A DNA stretch of 64,000 bases, from the NCBI GenBank assembly GCA_963702435.1, contig CAVPCR010000004.1:480001-544000 (forward strand), given 5' to 3'. The notes under the pieces are model-generated. The model saw only the letters and a program-made list of their open reading frames with translations. It made no database searches and was not told the DNA's origin. Within the stretch, counting starts at the first letter, position 1; each line of letters starts with the position of its first letter. Source of the DNA: Candidatus Eiseniibacteriota bacterium (GTDB lineage: Bacteria > Eisenbacteria > RBG-16-71-46 > CAVPCR01). Both the position numbers and the translations under genes were made by a program. Below are positions 56,078 to 64,000 of this stretch, piece after piece.

Positions 56078-57055
56078 CTACCCGGCCCGGGCCGCCAGGC
56101 GCCGGAACGTGACGAGCAGGTAGTCCGGTCGCGTCCGGCTGATCGCATCGCCGGTCCGGACGATGAGGAGCGACGCGGCGGCGAGAGGCAGCGCGAGCGG
56201 CAACCAGAGCGCGCTGCTGGGATGCGCCGCCAGGATGGCGCGGAGGCGCCGGGCGAGCTTGTCGAACCGCCCGCCCCGGCCGCGCTGGGCGGGCGTGGCG
56301 GCCGTGGCGGGCAGGAGCGTGCGGATGACCGCGTTGTCCCGGCCGATCAGCAGGTACCGCCAGAGGAAGTTGAAGAGCCCGTGCGGCGGTGCGTGATGGG
56401 CCCGCGCGCGCGGCTGGCGCCAGATCGTGACGCCGCTTCTCCGCATGTGATGCGAGTGCAGCACGCAATGGCCGCGGTAGAGCGGCAGGTTGTGGTCCAC
56501 CGGGTTGTCGAGCAGGAACCGGCGCCGGAAAGCCACGTTGTTGAAGAAGTAGGTCGCGGAGCCGTAGAGGTCCGTGGCGTTCGAATGCCCGTCGAAGAAG
56601 AAGCTGATGGCGTTGGCGATGGCGTAGGGCCCGGTGCCGCGGATGGCGGTCTCGCCGCCGAGCATCTGGATATCCGGATAGGCCGTGAACGGCGCAAGCA
56701 AGGACCGGATCCAGTCCGGCTCGTAGACGCAATCAGAATCGGCATAGATGACGATCTCGCCGGTGGCCCGGCGCGCACCCTCCATCTTGGCGTCGTAGTA
56801 GTCGATGTCCGCGCTGATGGCGACGATCCGCACCCAGGGGTACTGCACGCAAACGCGCTCGAGCACGGCGGCCGGGGTGTCGCCGCTCTCGATGATCAGC
56901 ACCTCGTTCGCCTCCGCCGGTGACGGCGACTGGCGGGCGAGCGAGTCGAGGCTCTCCTCGAGCCCCGCGATCTCGGTGACGGACAGGTTCTCGGTCTCGA
57001 TCACGATCGAGAACGAAGGCAGGGCGACGCTGTCTCGAGGTTGTTCACGGTTCAT
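56078..57055 (-). CDS. GT2 glycosyltransferase
   Basis: FSIVIETENL, YYDAKMEGA, YADSDC (DxD), NNVAFRR. Confidence 0.85.
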   Translation of the reverse strand: MNREQPRDSVALPSFSIVIETENLSVTEIAGLEESLDSLARQSPSPAEANEVLIIESGDTPAAVLERVCVQYPWVRIVAISADIDYYDAKMEGARRATGEIVIYADSDCVYEPDWIRSLLAPFTAYPDIQMLGGETAIRGTGPYAIANAISFFFDGHSNATDLYGSATYFFNNVAFRRRFLLDNPVDHNLPLYRGHCVLHSHHMRRSGVTIWRQPRARAHHAPPHGLFNFLWRYLLIGRDNAVIRTLLPATAATPAQRGRGGRFDKLARRLRAILAAHPSSALWLPLALPLAAASLLIVRTGDAISRTRPDYLLVTFRRLAARAG

Positions 57056-57310
57056 GGGTCGTCATCCGGAGGAGGGACGGCGAGGGCAGGGTCCGGTCGA
57101 TCTCGGGTGGGGCCCGCTTATCGTCACCTGCGCCCGCTGAAAGCGGTTACACTATCGCACGCGGCGGCGGACAGATCAAGAGCAGGCGGCGGCGCGCAGC
57201 GCGGGCGCACGGGCCGGCGCCTGCCCCGCCGGGCGATGTCGCGGAGCCGGGGAGCGGAGCCGGGTGCCGGGAAGCGAGCTCGATATCCATGTCGGTGTCA
57301 TGAGCATCCG

Positions 57311-58846
57311 ATGAGTGCCTCCCCCCCGGGCGAGAGCACTCCGGTCGTCGCAGCCGGCCGGGTCCCGCAGGCAGCCGGGCACGGCCAGCGCATCGCCGGC
57401 AACTTCGGCCTGCTCACCGCGTTCAAGCTCCTCTCCGACGCGTTCACGTTCGGCCTCTTCGTGGTGCTCTCGCGCCGTTTCGGCGACAGCGGCATCGGTG
57501 CCTACTCGTTCGCCGTGGGCATCGGCTCGGGCTTCGCCGTGCTCGCCGACTTCGGCCTGTATCGGCTCTCGATCACCCACCTGGCGCGCCGCGACGGCGA
57601 CTTCGGGCAGGAGATGGCCTCGATCCTCGCCATGCGCGTGGCGCTGACCCTGGGCTCGATCCTGCTCCTGGGCGTGACTGCGTTGATCCTGCCGCTCGAC
57701 CAGGACATGCGCCCGATCCTGTTCATCGTCGGACTGCATCTCCTGCTCTACGGGATCGCCAACGGACTGGCCGGCGTCCTCGTCGCACGCCAGGACATGT
57801 TCCTGTCCGCGGGGATCGACTTCGCGGCCAAGGCGCTCGCGGCGCTGGCGGGCGTCGGACTCGCCTACGCCGGTTACGACCTGCCGACGGTCCTCTGGGT
57901 GCTGCCCGTCGTGACCGCGTTGCAGATCGTCGTCACCGGCGCGGTGGTGCGCCGCAAGTACAACAGTGCGCGCGCCCGGCATGATCGCGGGATGATCGGC
58001 GGCCTGTGGCGCATGTCGCTGCCGTACTTCATCTCGACCGCGGTGCGTTACGTGACGATCCGCAGCGATGTCGTGCTTCTCGGCTTCCTGCGCGGCGCGG
58101 CTGAGGTCGGCGTCTACAACGTCGCCTACCGCGTGGTCTTCCTGCTGATGTACGTGCCGCACTACGCATCGCTGGCGGTGTTCCCGGTCATCTCCCGGCT
58201 CTATCACCGCCGTCCCGGCCAGGAGCGCGAGCTGGTCCAGACCGCGCTCGGCTGGATGATTCTGCTCGGCGTGCCCGTGTCGGTCGGGGTGGCGCTCGTC
58301 GCGCGGCCGCTCATCGCCCTCATCTTCGGGCCCGAGTTCCAGCGGGCCGCGCCCATACTGCAGATGCTGGCGTGGCTGTTCTTCCTGAGCTGCATCCGGA
58401 ACATGCTGGCGACCATCATGACCGCCTGCGATCAGCAGGCGGAACGCACGCGACTGGAGGCGCTATCCGCGCTCATCGCGGTCGCCGGCAATCTCCTGCT
58501 GATCCCCCGCTACGGCCCGCTCGGTGCAGCGGTAGCGATCCTCGCCGCGGAGACGATCCTCGTCGTCATCGTGGTCGTGGCCACGCACCGCATGCTCGAT
58601 CTCCGCTTTCTCTCCTCGCGGCTCGCCATCAGTCTCCTCGGGAGCGGCGCCCTGGTGGTGCCGGCCGTCCTTCTGCCGGGCCTCCCGATGGTCGCGGTGA
58701 TCGCCGCCGGCGCAGCGATCTACGCGGCCGCCGTGCTCGCCTTCCCGACCATCCGCCGGCACGAGTTGCCGGCGCTCGCGTCGGTGCGCGGCAGCCGCGG
58801 GCGGGCGCCCGTCGAGCTATCGGGAGAGGCGCCGGACGGGGAGTAG
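57311..58846 (+). CDS. Polysaccharide flippase (Wzx/MOP family)
   Basis: Multi-pass membrane protein, LADFGL, DVVLLG...VGVYNVAYR, FP.ISRL, LLIPRYG..GAAVA. Confidence 0.88.
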   Translation: MSASPPGESTPVVAAGRVPQAAGHGQRIAGNFGLLTAFKLLSDAFTFGLFVVLSRRFGDSGIGAYSFAVGIGSGFAVLADFGLYRLSITHLARRDGDFGQEMASILAMRVALTLGSILLLGVTALILPLDQDMRPILFIVGLHLLLYGIANGLAGVLVARQDMFLSAGIDFAAKALAALAGVGLAYAGYDLPTVLWVLPVVTALQIVVTGAVVRRKYNSARARHDRGMIGGLWRMSLPYFISTAVRYVTIRSDVVLLGFLRGAAEVGVYNVAYRVVFLLMYVPHYASLAVFPVISRLYHRRPGQERELVQTALGWMILLGVPVSVGVALVARPLIALIFGPEFQRAAPILQMLAWLFFLSCIRNMLATIMTACDQQAERTRLEALSALIAVAGNLLLIPRYGPLGAAVAILAAETILVVIVVVATHRMLDLRFLSSRLAISLLGSGALVVPAVLLPGLPMVAVIAAGAAIYAAAVLAFPTIRRHELPALASVRGSRGRAPVELSGEAPDGE

Positions 58847-58854
58847 CCGGATCC

Positions 58855-59958
58855 TCACAGCGGAGGCAATACCTCGAGGAACGATTGGGCCGCGACAGCG
58901 GCCGCGCTCGCCCCCTGGCGCAGCGCGCCGGCGGCGGATCGGCGCCCAAGCCGGACCCAGCCCTGGTCGAGATACCACTGCGCCGTCTCTCGCAATCCCT
59001 CGCGGGTCGCGTGCCGGGGCCGGAATCCCGTCCCGAGCATCTTCGCGGTCGAGAACGCGCGGTCGGACAGGAAGAAGTGGACTCGCCGGGTGAACAGGGG
59101 CGGACGGATCCCGATCCGCGGCAACAGCTTCTCGCAGGTGTCGGCGAACGCGAGCGCGGGTCCCGCCGGCAGGCGCAGGATGCGCGGGGACCGGCCATAG
59201 TGCTCGGCGATCACGCGGACGAGGTCATCGAAGCGAAGGGCCTCGTCGCCCGCGCAGATGTAGACCTCCCCGGCGGCCGCAGGCAGGTCGGCCACGTGGA
59301 GGATGAAATCGGTCAAGTCGTCAACGTGGACGAGGTGATAGAGCTGACGGCCCGAGCCGATCGAGAAGACGAGCGAGCGGGCGACCATCCAGAAGATCTT
59401 GAAGAGGCGCCGATCGCCGGGGCCGTAGATCGGCGCCGGCCGCACGATCGTGACCGGCAGCCCTTCGCGGCGAGCGAACTCGCGGAGCCAGATCTCGGCC
59501 TCGGCCTTGGTGGCCTGGTAATCGTCGCCCGGTTTGAACCGATAGTTCTCGTCCGCCGGCGGATGCTCGATGTGGCCATGGACGCCGACCGTGGAGACAT
59601 GCACGAAGCGCGGCATCGGGCGCTGCCGAACCGCGGCCTCGGCCAGTTGCATGGTCGCGCGGACGTGCACGTCGTGGAGCTCCCGGTATCCGGTGTGCGG
59701 AGATCGGAAGAGCGTGGCGAGGTGATAGATGTGGCTCACCCCGGCCACCGCGGCGCCGACCTGATCGCGGTCGAGGATCGATCCGCCGAGCCATTGCGCG
59801 GGCAGATCCTCCATGTCGGCCGGCCCCTTGCCCGGCCGGATGAACGCGCGCACGTTATCGCCCCGGGCTGCGAGCTTGCGGACCAGCGCCGATCCGGTGA
59901 AGCCGGCCGCGCCGGTGACGAGGACTTCTCGCGGAACGGTCGCGCAGGGGTCGTCCAT
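58855..59958 (-). CDS. NAD-dependent epimerase/dehydratase (extended SDR)
   Basis: VTGAAGFTGS, HVST, YQATK (YxxxK), RPAPIYGPGD, VHVDD. Confidence 0.9.
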   Translation of the reverse strand: MDDPCATVPREVLVTGAAGFTGSALVRKLAARGDNVRAFIRPGKGPADMEDLPAQWLGGSILDRDQVGAAVAGVSHIYHLATLFRSPHTGYRELHDVHVRATMQLAEAAVRQRPMPRFVHVSTVGVHGHIEHPPADENYRFKPGDDYQATKAEAEIWLREFARREGLPVTIVRPAPIYGPGDRRLFKIFWMVARSLVFSIGSGRQLYHLVHVDDLTDFILHVADLPAAAGEVYICAGDEALRFDDLVRVIAEHYGRSPRILRLPAGPALAFADTCEKLLPRIGIRPPLFTRRVHFFLSDRAFSTAKMLGTGFRPRHATREGLRETAQWYLDQGWVRLGRRSAAGALRQGASAAAVAAQSFLEVLPPL

Positions 59959-60323
59959 GATCCTCCGAACTCCAAGTGGATGTGGGCGGCAGCGACTGAC
60001 GCGTCGGCCCTGGCCGGAAGCGTGCAGAAGGGGGTGCGAAAGGCGATCGTCGGGATGGCAGCCCGGAGGTCGGGTCGGCCGCCTAACTTGATAGTTGATA
60101 AGGAGAAATGCAGGTTACGGCTTCTGCCCGGGGCGGTCAATGCCGATCTCCTCATCACCCCGGCCGGCGATCCCGCGGGATCGCTTGCGTCTCCGGTGCC
60201 TCGAGGGGATCTCGCCCGGAGGCTGACTCACCGCCGGGGCGTTTGACCCGGGGTCGGAAAAAATGTCAGCCGGCTTCCGCGGCGGCATCCGCTCAGAGAC
60301 GTAAGCCACTGTAGATTAGTAAC

Positions 60324-60352
60324 TTGACATGTGGCGACGGGGGGTCCACCTT
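60324..60352 (+). promoter_or_regulatory. Candidate promoter for maeB
   Basis: Perfect TTGACA preceded by an AT-rich tract; the -10 at 17 nt is weak (CACCTT). Confidence 0.35.
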
Positions 60353-60503
60353 ATGCACCTCTCCCCTTCGGCGCGCGTCCTCGCGGCCGGCCCCGGTCGC
60401 CATGGGAGGCGGCGGGGTGCTTCCCCATTCAAGACGGGTCCCGTGCGCGCGGTTGGCGCCAAGAGGAGCGCCGTGCAGCCGGACCCGACGGGGGTTCTGA
60501 CCG

Positions 60504-62816
<2,313 letters not shown>

Positions 62817-62854
62817 CCGGCGGATTGGCAGCAGCGGCCCCGCGCGGGCCGGGC

Positions 62855-62888
62855 GGCGGCCGGGGGAGACCCCGGCCGCCGGCTTTTT
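62855..62888 (+). terminator. Intrinsic terminator after maeB
   Basis: GGCGGCCGGGG-GAGA-CCCCGGCCGCC stem with GNRA loop followed by GGCTTTTT. Confidence 0.7.
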
Positions 62889-62962
62889 GGTAGAATGGCC
62901 CGTCCAGTGCGCCATGGTATCCCGAGATCCCGTTTGCCCCAATCCAAGGAGAATCGACAGGG

Positions 62963-63601
62963 ATGAGCCAGCTTGTCCTCATCCGACACGGCCAGTCGCT
63001 GTGGAACCTGGAGAACCGCTTCACCGGGTGGGTGGACGTGCCGCTCACCGACAACGGACGGCGTGAGGCCCGCGCCGCGTCGCGGCTCGTCCGCGACATC
63101 AACTTCGACATCGCCTATACCTCGGTGCTCAAGCGAGCCGAGGAGACGCTAGCCATCATCCTCCAGGAGATCGATCAGGATCCGCCGGTGATCCGCGACC
63201 AGGCCCTGAACGAGCGCCACTACGGCGACCTGCAGGGGCTCAACAAGGCCGATACCGCGAGCCGCTACGGTGACGAGCAGGTGCATCTCTGGCGCCGCTC
63301 CTACGACATCGCTCCGCCGAACGGCGAGGCGCTCAAGAACACCGCCGAGCGTACCCTGCCCTTCTTCGAGCGAGCCATTCTCGGCGACCTGCGCCAGGGA
63401 AAGAACGTGCTCGTCGTCGCGCACGGCAACTCGAACCGCTCGATCGTCATGCATCTCGACAAGCTCGGTCCGAAGGACGTCGTCAAGCTCGAGCTGGGAA
63501 CGGGAGTGCCTCTTGTCTACACGCTGAACGGCTCCGGGGAAGTGGTGTCCAAGGAAATCCGCCCCTTGCCGGCCGCCGAGTCCGCGCCGAAGCTGGCCTG
63601 A
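62963..63601 (+). CDS. gpmA: 2,3-bisphosphoglycerate-dependent phosphoglycerate mutase
   Basis: RHGQS.WN.ENRFTGW.D, LNERHYG.LQG, WRRSYD, AHGNS. Confidence 0.95.
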   Translation: MSQLVLIRHGQSLWNLENRFTGWVDVPLTDNGRREARAASRLVRDINFDIAYTSVLKRAEETLAIILQEIDQDPPVIRDQALNERHYGDLQGLNKADTASRYGDEQVHLWRRSYDIAPPNGEALKNTAERTLPFFERAILGDLRQGKNVLVVAHGNSNRSIVMHLDKLGPKDVVKLELGTGVPLVYTLNGSGEVVSKEIRPLPAAESAPKLA

Positions 63602-63627
63602 AGAAGAGCGGCCTGAAGAGGAGCAGC

Positions 63628-64000
63628 ATGAGCACCGAAGTCGTCATGCCCCAGATGGGGGAGAGCGTAGCCGAGGGCACGATCACCAAGTGGCTCAAGA
63701 AGCTCGGTGATCCGATCAAGCGCGACGAGCCGCTGTTCGAAATATCGACCGACAAGGTGGACGCCGAGATCCCGGCGCCCGCCGACGGCGTCCTCCTCGA
63801 GATCGTGCACGGGGAAGGCGAGACCGTGGAAGTGAACGCAGTCGTCGCGCGGATCGGCGCGGCCGGCGAGAAGGCGGCGCCCGCGGCACCCGCGGCGGGA
63901 GCACCCGCGCCTGCCGCGACGTCGGCCCCCGCGGCGCCCGCGCCCGCTGCGGCGCCCGCGCCCGCTGCGGCCTCTGTCCCGGCGTTCGCGGCGCCGCCCG
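63628..64000 (+). CDS. 2-oxoacid dehydrogenase E2 (dihydrolipoamide acyltransferase), N-terminal lipoyl domain; runs off the window
   Basis: [33 protein letters not shown]...[14 protein letters not shown] followed by an Ala/Pro linker; absent from the ORF track because it has no stop in the window. Confidence 0.92.
   Translation, partial: MSTEVVMPQMGESVAEGTITKWLKKLGDPIKRDEPLFEISTDKVDAEIPAPADGVLLEIVHGEGETVEVNAVVARIGAAGEKAAPAAPAAGAPAPAATSAPAAPAPAAAPAPAAASVPAFAAPP

Noticed and set aside
59959..60503. tRNA, ncRNA or replication origin in the long gap before maeB
   Set aside because: No cloverleaf, no DnaA-box cluster and no recognisable RNA family; the AT patches are adequately explained by divergent promoters.

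Overview
Very GC-rich bacterial chromosome segment with about 58 coding regions and no rRNA, tRNA, CRISPR array, integrase or transposase that I can recognise. The FlgD-type 'PNPFNPQT' C-terminal domain, TonB, a GT9 heptosyltransferase and a kinase-propeller protein suggest a diderm FCB-group-like lineage such as Eisenbacteria (inference only). Housekeeping genes include htpX, thiL, tilS-hpt-ftsH-folP-cdaA, lipA-lpdA-E1beta, maeB, gpmA and a partial E2. The most interesting parts are: (1) a compositionally distinct four-gene cassette of acyl-CoA-dehydrogenase-like enzyme, stand-alone adenylation enzyme with a proline-type code, carrier protein and hexapeptide acyltransferase, which looks like a pyrrole-2-carbonyl-making module coupled to a transferase instead of a PKS/NRPS; (2) a translationally coupled DNA-damage operon dinB-DUF72-DUF1998 helicase (MrfA/SftH-like)-YprB/MrfB-like exonuclease; (3) a short BoxB-like di-iron CoA-ester oxygenase with a TetR regulator and beta-oxidation-type genes but no BoxA or BoxC; (4) a 37-codon remnant of tryptophan 2,3-dioxygenase in front of kynureninase; (5) a structured leader before a cold-shock gene. 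Three genes carry single frameshifts that may be assembly errors. All calls come from motif recognition by eye; no searches were run.
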